The notes under the pieces are model-generated. The model worked only from the letters and a program-made list of their open reading frames with translations, did no database searches and had not been told where the DNA came from. A program made the position numbers and the translations under genes. This document shows positions 17,077 to 24,971 of a stretch of 64,000 nt of DNA, piece by piece (position 1 is the first letter of the stretch; the number at the start of each line of letters is the position of its first letter). This DNA comes from an uncultured Acidobacteriota bacterium (lineage in GTDB: Bacteria; Acidobacteriota; Thermoanaerobaculia; UBA5066), in the NCBI GenBank assembly GCA_963721385.1, contig CAVRJB010000013.1:548338-612337 (forward strand), read 5' to 3'.

Positions 17077-18170
17077 CGCCGGACGGCGTCCGAAAGCGCC
17101 CGCGCGACCAGATCCGCTTCGCCGTCGGTCAGCTCGGGATAGAGCGGCAGGGAGAGGACCTCCCGCGCGGCGCGCTCCGTCTCGGGCAGCGCTCCGCGCG
17201 GGAACGACGCGAACGCGGGCTGCTCGTGGACGGCGCGCGGGTAATGGACGTCGGTGCCGATCCCGGCCGCCGACAGGCGCTCCCGAACCGCCTCGCGCTC
17301 CGCGACCCGGACGACGTAGAGGTGGTGGCACGGCACCGCGCCCGGGGCGGCCGGCGGCGGCGTCTCGACCGCTCCCCGGAGCCGCTCGTCATAGCGCGCC
17401 GCGAGCGCGGCCCGCCGCCGGTTCGCCTCCGAAAGGCGGAGGAGCCGCTCCGAAAGGAACGCCGCCTGCAGCTCGTCCAGCCGGCTGTTGAAACCGGGCT
17501 CGAGGGAATCGTTCCGCGTGGCATAGCCGTAGATCCGGAGCCTCCGGACGCGCTCCGCCACGTCGGCCCGCGACGTCGTCACGAGCCCGCCGTCGCCCAG
17601 CGCCCCGAGGTTCTTCGTGGGATAGAAGCTCCAGGTCGCGGCGTCGCCAAACGTCCCGACGCTCTTTCCGCCGAGCCGCGCGCCGTGCGCCTGCGCGCAG
17701 TCCTCGACGAGGGCGAGATGGTGCTCGCGGGCGAAGAAGGCGATCTCCTCCATCGCGGCGGGCCGGCCGTAGAGGTGGACCGGCACGATGGCGCGCGTCC
17801 GCGGCGTCAAGGCGGCCGGAAGGCGCCCCGGGTCGAGCGTCAGCGTGCGGGGGTCGACCTCGACGAAGACCGGCCGCGCGCCCGCGTTCAGGATCCCGGT
17901 CGCCGTCGGCGCGCAGGTCATCGAGACGGTCAGGACGTCGTCCCCCTCGCCCACGTCCAGCGCCCGGAGCGCGAGGGTGATCGCGTCCGTCCCGTTCGCG
18001 CAGCCGACCCCGTGCGCGGCGCCGGCGAACGCCGCGAAGTCGCGCTCGAAGGCTTCGACCTCGGGTCCGAGAACGTAGCGCCCCGAGGCGTGAACGCGCG
18101 CGAACGCGCTCGCGAGGGCCCCGGCCTCGGCCGCCGCCGCCCGAGTGAGGTCGAGGTAGGGGACTTTCAC
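17073..18170 (-). CDS. DegT/DnrJ/EryC1/StrS family PLP-dependent sugar aminotransferase (ArnB/WecE-like)
   Basis: VKVPYLDLTRA...GRYVLGPEVEAFERDFAAF...GVGCANGTDAITLAL...FGDAATWSFYPTKNLGALGDGG (PLP lysine)...SRLDELQAAFL. The GTG start at 18170 forms a GTGA overlap with the upstream stop. Confidence 0.85.
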   Translation of the reverse strand: MKVPYLDLTRAAAAEAGALASAFARVHASGRYVLGPEVEAFERDFAAFAGAAHGVGCANGTDAITLALRALDVGEGDDVLTVSMTCAPTATGILNAGARPVFVEVDPRTLTLDPGRLPAALTPRTRAIVPVHLYGRPAAMEEIAFFAREHHLALVEDCAQAHGARLGGKSVGTFGDAATWSFYPTKNLGALGDGGLVTTSRADVAERVRRLRIYGYATRNDSLEPGFNSRLDELQAAFLSERLLRLSEANRRRAALAARYDERLRGAVETPPPAAPGAVPCHHLYVVRVAEREAVRERLSAAGIGTDVHYPRAVHEQPAFASFPRGALPETERAAREVLSLPLYPELTDGEADLVARALSDAVRR

Positions 18171-19177
18171 GCCGTCGCGTCCCAGTAGTGCGCGCCGTGC
18201 TCCCGGAAGAACGCCACCGTTCGCTTCAGCCCCTCCTCGAGCGAGACCGTGGGGCGCCAGCCGGCCGCCTCGCGGAGGCGGTGCGAGTCGGTCGAGAAGT
18301 CGCCGATGTCGATCTGCTTTCGCTCGGGCGGGAACGGGACGATCTGGATCGAGCCCGTCCCGGCGATCCGGACGAGCGTCTCGGCGAACTCGAGCAGCGA
18401 GACGGCCTCCTCGCGCCCGCAGTTCCACGCCTCGCCGTTCCCCGGAAGCCTCTCGGCGGCGAGCAGGAAGGCCTCGACGGCGTCGTCGACGTAGAGGAGG
18501 TCCCGGCGCTGTCGCCCCGTGCCGAAGAGCTCGAGCGTCTCTCCCCGTAGGGCCTTCCGGACGAGCCAGCCGGTGAAGCTGGCACGCGAGTGCGCGACGA
18601 GCTGCCGGGGTCCGTAGATGTTCGTGAGGCGAAGAACCGACGTCGCGAGGCCGAGCCGCTCGGCGGCGACCATCGCGTAGAACTCGGCCGCGATCTTCGA
18701 AACGCCGTTGTAGTCGGGCGGGCGGAGCGGGTGCGTCTCGTCCACGGGGAGGCGGAGCGGCGTGCCGTAAACCTGCCGCGTCCCTGCGATGACGATCCGC
18801 GCCGACGGGTTCGTCCGGCGGCAGGCGTCGAGGAGGACGACCGTCGTCGCGGCGTTGTCGATCAGGTCGTCGACGGGACGCACGAGCGAATCGACGTGAC
18901 TCACCTTCCCGGCGAGGTGGAAGACGACGTCGCAGCCGGCGATGGCCGCCTCGGCCGCGGCCCGGTCGGCGGCGTTCGCGACCGTCACCTCGGGCGATCG
19001 CCCCTCGAGTGAGTCGAGGTTGTGCGGGTTCCCGCCGTCTCCGGGCGTCAGCGCGTCGAGGACCCGGACCTCGGCCCCTTCGAAGAGGAGCCGCCGGACG
19101 AGGTTCGAGCCGATGAACCCGAGCCCGCCCGTCACGAGGACCCGGCGGCCGGCGAACCGGCCTTGGGCGGCGCTCAA
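18167..19177 (-). CDS. NAD-dependent nucleotide-sugar epimerase/dehydratase (extended SDR)
   Basis: This is the last 336 codons of the 1171-aa track ORF 18167..21682: RRVLVTGGLGFIGSNLVRRL (Rossmann GxxGxxG)...PDYNGVSKIAAE (YxxxK)...NIYGPRQ. The TTG start at 19177 forms a TTGA overlap with the upstream stop. The rest of the long ORF is antisense to real genes. Confidence 0.85.
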   Translation of the reverse strand: MSAAQGRFAGRRVLVTGGLGFIGSNLVRRLLFEGAEVRVLDALTPGDGGNPHNLDSLEGRSPEVTVANAADRAAAEAAIAGCDVVFHLAGKVSHVDSLVRPVDDLIDNAATTVVLLDACRRTNPSARIVIAGTRQVYGTPLRLPVDETHPLRPPDYNGVSKIAAEFYAMVAAERLGLATSVLRLTNIYGPRQLVAHSRASFTGWLVRKALRGETLELFGTGRQRRDLLYVDDAVEAFLLAAERLPGNGEAWNCGREEAVSLLEFAETLVRIAGTGSIQIVPFPPERKQIDIGDFSTDSHRLREAAGWRPTVSLEEGLKRTVAFFREHGAHYWDATA

Positions 19178-19968
19178 GGGCGAGGTGCCGCGAGACCCGG
19201 GCCCGCGGCAGGAGGCGCTCCGGAGGGCGCCGGATGGGCGACGTTGCGCGGCGTGTCCCTGACGACGTTCAGTTCCCACCAGAGCCGGAGGATGTTCACC
19301 GCCGTCGCGAAGAGCCGGCGGAAGTTGAAGAACTGTGACCGCCCGTGGACCCGGTGGTAGTGGTGGACCGGGAAGTCGGCGAAGCGGAAGCCGGCGAGCT
19401 CGAGCTTCCTCACGAGCTCGAGGCAGATGACCCCGCTCGAGTGCTTGAGCGAAATCGTCTCGAGGGCCGAGCGCCGCATGAGCCGGAAGTCGCAGTCGAC
19501 GTCTCGGACCCGGAACCTGAAGAGGATCCGCATCAGGACGAGGTAGACCTTCCCGATCACGATCCGGTGCCACGGGTCGGAGCGGGCGATCTTGTACCCG
19601 TTCACGACGTCGACGCCCTCCTGGAGGACCGGGAGGAGCCTCTTCAGCTCGAGGACGTCGTACTGCCCGTCGCCGTCCGTGTAGAAGACGAGGTCCTTCC
19701 CGGCGGCGGTGAACCCGCTCCGGAGCGCGCCGCCGTAACCGCGGTTCGCGCCGTGATAAACGACACGCAGCTCGGTGTAGTGCGCCTTCAGCTCCTCGAG
19801 GATCTGGGCGCTCGCATCGGTCGAGCCGTCGTCCACGACGAGAATCTCGAACTCCCGCCCGGAGTCCTTGCCGACGACGTGAGCGCCGGCCACGAGCGAC
19901 CCGATCGTCCCCGCGTCGTTGTAGCAGGGAAAGAAGATCGTCAGGCTCTCGCAGCCGGCGGCGGGCAT
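19174..19968 (-). CDS. family 2 glycosyltransferase (ArnC/DPM1-like polyprenyl-phosphate sugar transferase)
   Basis: ORF of 264 aa: LTIFFPCYNDAGTIGSLV...FEILVVDDGSTDASAQIL...HGANRGYGGALRSGF...VFYTDGDGQYD. Confidence 0.8.
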   Translation of the reverse strand: MPAAGCESLTIFFPCYNDAGTIGSLVAGAHVVGKDSGREFEILVVDDGSTDASAQILEELKAHYTELRVVYHGANRGYGGALRSGFTAAGKDLVFYTDGDGQYDVLELKRLLPVLQEGVDVVNGYKIARSDPWHRIVIGKVYLVLMRILFRFRVRDVDCDFRLMRRSALETISLKHSSGVICLELVRKLELAGFRFADFPVHHYHRVHGRSQFFNFRRLFATAVNILRLWWELNVVRDTPRNVAHPAPSGAPPAAGPGLAAPRP

Positions 19969-20014
19969 CGTGCGTCGATTCTATCCGCCGCGCGGATGCT
20001 ATCTTCCGCGCCCC

Positions 20015-21640
20015 ATGATCTCGTTCTCGGGCGTCGGCAAGCAGTACGGCCGCCAGATCCTGTTCCTCGACGCCTCCTTCCAGCTCAACCCCGGCGAGAA
20101 GGCCGGCCTCGTCGGCCCGAACGGCGCCGGAAAGACGACGGTCTTCCGGATGATCGCGGGCGAAGAGCACGCCGACGACGGCGACGTCGCCGTCCCGAAG
20201 AAGCTCTCCATCGGGTATTTCCGGCAGGAGATCGACGAGATGGCGGGCCGCCCCGTCCTCGACGAGGCGATCGCCGGCAGCGGCCGCCTCGGCGACCTGC
20301 ACCACGAGCTGATCGACCTCGAGCACGCGCTCGGCGATCCGGCGCGCGCCGACGAGATGGAGCGGCTCCTCGAGAGCTTCGGCGAAGTCCAGGGCGAGTA
20401 CCAGCAGCGGGGAGGCTACGAGCTCGAAGCCCGCGCCCGGGAGGTCCTCCACGGCCTCGGTTTCGACGACGAGCGGATCGACGGTGACGTCGGAGCGCTC
20501 TCGGGCGGCTGGAAGATGCGCGTCGCGATGGCGAAGGTCCTCCTCGGGAGGCCCGACGTCCTCCTGATGGACGAGCCGACCAACCATCTCGACCTCGAGT
20601 CGATCCTCTGGCTCGAGGAGTACCTGAAAGGCTACCCCGGGACGCTGCTCATGACGTGCCACGACCGCGACTTCATGAACCGGGTCGTGACGAAGATCGT
20701 GGAGATCGACGGCGGCGAGCTGGTGACGTATTCGGGCAACTACGACTTCTACCTGAAGGAGCGGAGCCTCCGCGAGACGCAGCGCGAGGCCGCCTACGCC
20801 CGCCAGCAGGCGATGTTCGCGAAAGAGCAGCGCTTCATCGAGCGCTTCTCGACCCATGCCTCCAAGGCGGCGCAGGTGCAGAGCCGGGTCAAGAAGCTCG
20901 AGAAGATCGAGGCGGTCGAGCTCCCGAAGCGGCGAACGGCGGTGGCGTTCGACTTCCGGACGCCGCCCCGTTCCGGCGACGACGTCGTCGCGCTGGAAGG
21001 GGTCGACAAGAGCTACGGGAGGAGGACGCTCTACTCGGGCTTCGACTTCCTGATCCGCCGCGGCGAGCGCTGGTGCGTGATGGGGGTGAACGGCGCCGGG
21101 AAGACGACCCTCCTGAAGCTGGTTTCGGGCGCCCTCGCGCCCGACGCCGGGCGCGTCCGGCTCGGGGCGAGCCTGAAGATGGGCTATTTCGCCCAGCAGT
21201 CGCTCGACCTCCTCGACCCGGAGCTGACCGTCCTCGAGCAGATCCAGAACGACTTCCCCGCCGAGGGTCTCGGCGTCCTCCGGAGCCTCCTCGGCGCGTT
21301 CCAGTTCTCGGGAGACGACGTCCACAAGACGATCCGGTACCTCTCCGGTGGCGAGAAGTCCCGGCTGGTTCTCGCCCGGATGCTCTTCGACCCCCCGAAC
21401 TTCCTCGTCCTCGACGAGCCGACGAACCACCTCGACCTCGCCACGAAGGAGATGCTCGTGTCGGCTCTCCGGGACTTCGCGGGGACGATGCTCTTCGTCT
21501 CGCACGACCGGATGTTCCTGCGGGGCCTGGCGACGCGCGTCCTCGAGGTCGGAGGTCCCGCAGGCCCCGTCCCGTTCGGCGGCTCCTACGAGGAATGGGT
21601 GGCGCGGACCGGGCAGGAGGCGCCGGGGGTCCACCACTGA
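20015..21640 (+). CDS. ABC-F family ATPase (two ATP-binding cassettes, no membrane domain)
   Basis: MISFSGVGKQYG...GLVGPNGAGKTT...LSGGWKMRVAMA...LLMDEPTNHLD...linker...VMGVNGAGKTTLL...LSGGEKSRLVLA...LVLDEPTNHLD. The start is chosen at an internal ATG of ORF 19970..21640. Confidence 0.9.
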   Translation: MISFSGVGKQYGRQILFLDASFQLNPGEKAGLVGPNGAGKTTVFRMIAGEEHADDGDVAVPKKLSIGYFRQEIDEMAGRPVLDEAIAGSGRLGDLHHELIDLEHALGDPARADEMERLLESFGEVQGEYQQRGGYELEARAREVLHGLGFDDERIDGDVGALSGGWKMRVAMAKVLLGRPDVLLMDEPTNHLDLESILWLEEYLKGYPGTLLMTCHDRDFMNRVVTKIVEIDGGELVTYSGNYDFYLKERSLRETQREAAYARQQAMFAKEQRFIERFSTHASKAAQVQSRVKKLEKIEAVELPKRRTAVAFDFRTPPRSGDDVVALEGVDKSYGRRTLYSGFDFLIRRGERWCVMGVNGAGKTTLLKLVSGALAPDAGRVRLGASLKMGYFAQQSLDLLDPELTVLEQIQNDFPAEGLGVLRSLLGAFQFSGDDVHKTIRYLSGGEKSRLVLARMLFDPPNFLVLDEPTNHLDLATKEMLVSALRDFAGTMLFVSHDRMFLRGLATRVLEVGGPAGPVPFGGSYEEWVARTGQEAPGVHH

Positions 21641-21696
21641 GCCGAAAGGTGATAGAACCCGCCCGAGATCCGAATTCCACAATCAGAGGAGAGCCC

Positions 21697-22347
21697 ATGA
21701 GAGTCGCATTCCGCCTGACAGCGATCGCGGCGGTCCTCGGCCTTCTTGGCTTCGGCGCCCCCGCCGAAGCGAAGGAGAAGAAACCCACCCCGGCGCCGAC
21801 GCCCGCCGCCGACACGTCGAAGGACGTCAAGAAGGTCGAGCCGATCGACATCAATACGGCCGACGTGAAGGCGATCGCCGCCGTCCCGGGCGTCGGGGAC
21901 AAGCTGGCGAAGGAGATCGTGAAGGGCCGTCCTTACAAGAGCGCCGACGACCTCCAGAAGGTGAAGGGGATCGGCAAGAAGAACGGGCCGAAGCTCGCGA
22001 AGTACTTCACGTTCGGCGAGGCGAAGTCCGCGGCCCCGCCTGCCAAACCCACCGCCAAGGCCGCGCCGGCCGCCGCCGCGGCGCCCGCCGCGGCCACCTC
22101 CGCCCCCAAGGGCTCGTCCGCGTCGGCCGAAAAGAAGCCCGCCCTCGCACCCGGCGAGAAGATCAACATCAACACGGCGTCTGCCGAGGACCTCGACCGG
22201 CTCCCCGGCATCGGCCCCGTCAAGGCCCAGGCGATCCTCGACTACCGCGCCAAGCAGCGGTTCGAGACGATCGAGGACATCATGAAGGTGTCCGGGATCA
22301 AGGAAGGCGAGTTCGCCAAGATCAAGGACCTGATCAAGGTCCGCTGA
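21697..22347 (+). CDS. secreted ComEA-like helix-hairpin-helix DNA-binding protein (two HhH modules)
   Basis: RBS agaggagag followed by an ATG, then a signal peptide MRVAFRLTAIAAVLGLLGFGAPAEA. It carries two HhH units (IDINTADVKAIAAVPGVGDKLAKEIV and ININTASAEDLDRLPGIGPVKAQAILDYR) separated by an Ala/Pro/Lys-rich linker. Confidence 0.7.
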   Translation: MRVAFRLTAIAAVLGLLGFGAPAEAKEKKPTPAPTPAADTSKDVKKVEPIDINTADVKAIAAVPGVGDKLAKEIVKGRPYKSADDLQKVKGIGKKNGPKLAKYFTFGEAKSAAPPAKPTAKAAPAAAAAPAAATSAPKGSSASAEKKPALAPGEKININTASAEDLDRLPGIGPVKAQAILDYRAKQRFETIEDIMKVSGIKEGEFAKIKDLIKVR

Positions 22348-22356
22348 CGGAAGACT

Positions 22357-22391
22357 CTCCCGCCCGCCGCGAACGCCGCCGCGGGCGGGAG
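22357..22391. terminator. GC-rich hairpin between convergent genes (possible bidirectional terminator)
   Basis: Arms ctcccgcccgc (22357-22367) and gcgggcgggag (22381-22391). There is no clear U-tract on either side. Confidence 0.35.
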
Positions 22392-22396
22392 TGCCG

Positions 22397-22852
22397 TCAG
22401 TTCCCCGGGCGCTCGGAGACGCTGTAGCAGCCCGGCGTCAGGCAGAGTTGGCGGCTCGGCCCGGCTTTCACCGGCGAATCGGGCGCGACGACCGGTGCGA
22501 CGGAGAGGCAGGTCTCGGCCGAGCCCGCCTTGAAGCGGGTGGCGAGCGTCAGCGTCCGCTGCTCTCCGGCCCCGAAAGCTCCGAGTTCGGCCCGGCCGAC
22601 GGGCGAGGGCCCGCTCTTCGCCTCCAGGGCCGCCCCTTTCGCCGGCGCCGCTCCCCGGTTGATGACGCGCACCCGGAGCTTCAGTTCCTGGTTGAAGGTC
22701 GGAGGGAAGGCCGGATCGACCGAAAGTTCCAGGATCTCGACCTTTGATTCGGGCCCGGCGGCGCCTGCCGGGGAGACGACCACGATTCCGAAAAGAAGCG
22801 CCGAGAGGCCGAGAGTCGTCGTCCATCCGTTTGTCTTCTGCTTCAAGCTCAT
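22397..22852 (-). CDS. hypothetical secreted protein (CARDB-like beta-sandwich suspected)
   Basis: The internal ATG at 22852 is preceded by GGAGGAAAGG. It starts with MSLKQKTNGWTTTLGLSALLFGIVVVSPAGAAG as a signal/anchor, followed by VEILELSVDPAFPPTFNQELKLRVRVINRGAAPAKG. Confidence 0.5.
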   Translation of the reverse strand: MSLKQKTNGWTTTLGLSALLFGIVVVSPAGAAGPESKVEILELSVDPAFPPTFNQELKLRVRVINRGAAPAKGAALEAKSGPSPVGRAELGAFGAGEQRTLTLATRFKAGSAETCLSVAPVVAPDSPVKAGPSRQLCLTPGCYSVSERPGN

Positions 22853-22993
22853 CGCCTTTCCTCCATCAAGATGCACGCCGGCTCCCTCCGGCGCCACTCG
22901 GGAAATTGTCCAAAGGCGAAAATCGGGCGTCCCGGTGCGCCAAAACGCCCGAATGGCCCCGGAGCGACACACAGAGACGCCTCCCGGGGCCAT

Positions 22994-24334
22994 TCATGAC
23001 CTCTCGCCCGGCTCTTCCCCGCCCCTCCGGAGCGCCACCTCCGATCGGCGGAATTCGTTCGGAGAGACTCCGAACCGCGCCTTGAATCGGCGGGTAAAAT
23101 GCGAAGGGTCCTTGAATCCGACCCGGTAGGCGATCTTCGTCACCGGATCGTCCCCGGCGCGAATCAGCCGCGCCGCCTCCTGTAGCCGCGTTTCCATCAG
23201 CCAGTTCATGGGCGACGTCCCGAACCGCTCGCGGAAAAGGCGCTGAAGCGTCCGGAGGGAGACGCCGGCCAGATCCGCCAGGGTTTCGGCCGTCAGATCC
23301 TCGCGGAGGCGGGGTCCGAGGCTCCGGCGGAGCCGCTCGACCGGATCGTCGTTCGTCGACGGCGCGGCGTCGCCCACCACGAGCGGCACCGCGGCGAAGG
23401 CGGCGAGCTTTTTCCGACGGATCGCACGGCGTCCCAGCAAGAACGCAAGGGCGAGCGCGAGGGCAACGCCGAGGCCGGCGAGCCAGGGTCCGACGCGCCG
23501 GAGAAACCGCCGTCCCAGGCCGGGGGGCTCGAGCCGGGCGCGGCTCCACGCTGCCGGCGATTCGAAATGGGCCTGCGACGACCAGTCCGCAGAGCGGACG
23601 ACGGGCGGAGCGTCGGTGCCCGGGCCGGGCGAGAGGTCGTTGACGGCGACGTCGAGATCGAACTCGCGCCCGACCGGCGGAACCCCGCCGACGGCCGTCC
23701 ACGGAATCGCGACCTCGATCCGGTAGCCGGGCGCCCCGTCCGGGCCGGCTTCCGGACCGTCGGCGACCGCCACCTCGAGCGGAATGTTCATTCCCCAGTC
23801 CTTCGGCTGAAGGCCCGACAGCGCCGGAAGAGGCTGCCCGAGGCTCTCGGCGAGGGCGGCCGAGCCCTTGAACGTCGTCCGGCGGCCGTCGCGGGCGACC
23901 GTGAACTGGTAGTCGTTCGTGTCCATGAGCCGAGTCCGCTCGCCGTGCGCGTCGAGGAAGATTTCGATCGAGTCGGACAGGGTTCCGAGCGAAGGGTCCT
24001 CGTCACGGATGCCCGCCGTGACGGGCGTCGCGTCGCCGATCTCGCAGAGGACGCGGAGCGCCCCCTCGTCCCACGCGACGCGAACGGCCACCGGCGTTCC
24101 GGCGACGCGGAACCGGTTCGCGGGAATGCCTGTCCAGGCGACCCAGCCGGCCGTCCACGGGCTCCGGATGTGCGGACCAAGGGACCGAGAGGAGCGGCGC
24201 CGGCGCCCCGTCCTTCTCCGACGCAAGCGCCGGGAGGACGAGAAGGACCGAGACGAATCCCGCGAGGATTCCGCCGCGCTGGAGAATGGCCTGAGTCTAT
24301 CGACTCGCTGGGAGGCGCGTGTAACCTCTCTCAC
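22994..24334 (-). CDS. membrane-anchored AraC-family transcriptional regulator with extracytoplasmic CBM9-like domain; N-terminal frame disrupted
   Basis: The main frame (ORF 22994..24661) reads: ...WTAGWVAWTGIPANRF...DSIEIFLDAHGERTRLMDTNDYQFTV...IEVAIPW (CBM9/DOMON-like). This is followed by a TM helix WLAGLGVALALALAFLLG with RRAIRRKK on its cytoplasmic side. An AraC HTH follows (LRTLQRLFRERFGTSPMNWLMETRLQEAARLI...IAYRVGFKDPSHFTRRFKARFGVSPNEFRR). A signal-like segment ILQRGGILAGFVSVLLVLPALASEKDGAPAPLL lies in another frame (24287 down to about 24180) and joins the main frame with a 1-nt change near 24160-24200. That frame has no canonical start codon (TAG at 24299-24297). The true start is therefore either the GTG at 24334 with a second indel, or an unusual ATT at 24287. 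Confidence 0.6.
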   Translation of the reverse strand: MREVTRASQRVDRLRPFSSAAESSRDSSRSFSSSRRLRRRRTGRRRRSSRSLGPHIRSPWTAGWVAWTGIPANRFRVAGTPVAVRVAWDEGALRVLCEIGDATPVTAGIRDEDPSLGTLSDSIEIFLDAHGERTRLMDTNDYQFTVARDGRRTTFKGSAALAESLGQPLPALSGLQPKDWGMNIPLEVAVADGPEAGPDGAPGYRIEVAIPWTAVGGVPPVGREFDLDVAVNDLSPGPGTDAPPVVRSADWSSQAHFESPAAWSRARLEPPGLGRRFLRRVGPWLAGLGVALALALAFLLGRRAIRRKKLAAFAAVPLVVGDAAPSTNDDPVERLRRSLGPRLREDLTAETLADLAGVSLRTLQRLFRERFGTSPMNWLMETRLQEAARLIRAGDDPVTKIAYRVGFKDPSHFTRRFKARFGVSPNEFRRSEVALRRGGEEPGERS

Positions 24335-24401
24335 AGGGCGCCTGCCCTCTGGGCGCGACGCGACTAATGACCTACGAAGGAACCGAAGGAGAGGGATACC
24401 G

Positions 24402-24971
24402 ATGAAGACCCCCAGCCGCCTCGCTCTCGGGATCCTGGCGGCCGCGGCTCTGTCGGTCGCCGCCCAGCAGCCCCGCACCCCCGGCCCGCCGCCGGGCGGG
24501 ACCCCGGCCGGCGGGCCGAACGACACCGGCAAGCCGGACATCACGAGCAGGAAGGGGATCAAGATTGGTTCGGTCTTCATCGCGTGGGGCGGTACCGGGA
24601 CGCTGAAGGCCGCCGAGGCGATCCAGTCGAGCGCGAACAACGCCTGCGCGTTCAACGCCATTTACGACATGGTCAACGTCGGCTCCGTCACCACCAGCCC
24701 CGCGTTCCTGAACCGGCTGAACGTGGACACCACGAGCGTCGTCGCGATCAGCTCGGGCCTCTCGCTGACCGCCGGCGAGACGAAGAACATCACGACGCTG
24801 CCCTATCTCCCCTTCGGCACCCACCGGCTGACGCTCGCGTTCGACGACGACAAAAACGTCGCCGAGTCGGACGAGTCCCCGGCGAGCAACGTCAAGACCG
24901 TCTCGTACACCCTGCAGGGGCCCTGTGGCGCGCCGCCGAATCCGGCCGGGGCCGCCGTTCCGAAGAAGTGA
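24402..24971 (+). CDS. hypothetical secreted protein (CARDB-like beta-sandwich suspected)
   Basis: RBS ggagagg followed by an ATG. The signal peptide is MKTPSRLALGILAAAALSVAAQQ, followed by a Pro/Gly-rich linker and a region reading LTAGETKNITTLPYLPFGTHRLTLAFDDDKNVAESDE. Confidence 0.55.
   Translation: MKTPSRLALGILAAAALSVAAQQPRTPGPPPGGTPAGGPNDTGKPDITSRKGIKIGSVFIAWGGTGTLKAAEAIQSSANNACAFNAIYDMVNVGSVTTSPAFLNRLNVDTTSVVAISSGLSLTAGETKNITTLPYLPFGTHRLTLAFDDDKNVAESDESPASNVKTVSYTLQGPCGAPPNPAGAAVPKK

Noticed and set aside
18167-21682. An 1171-aa ORF on the minus strand that looks like a giant protein.
   Set aside because: Only its last 336 codons (18167..19177) form a real SDR epimerase. Upstream of the TTG at 19177 it runs out of frame through the GT2 gene and antisense through the ABC-F gene.
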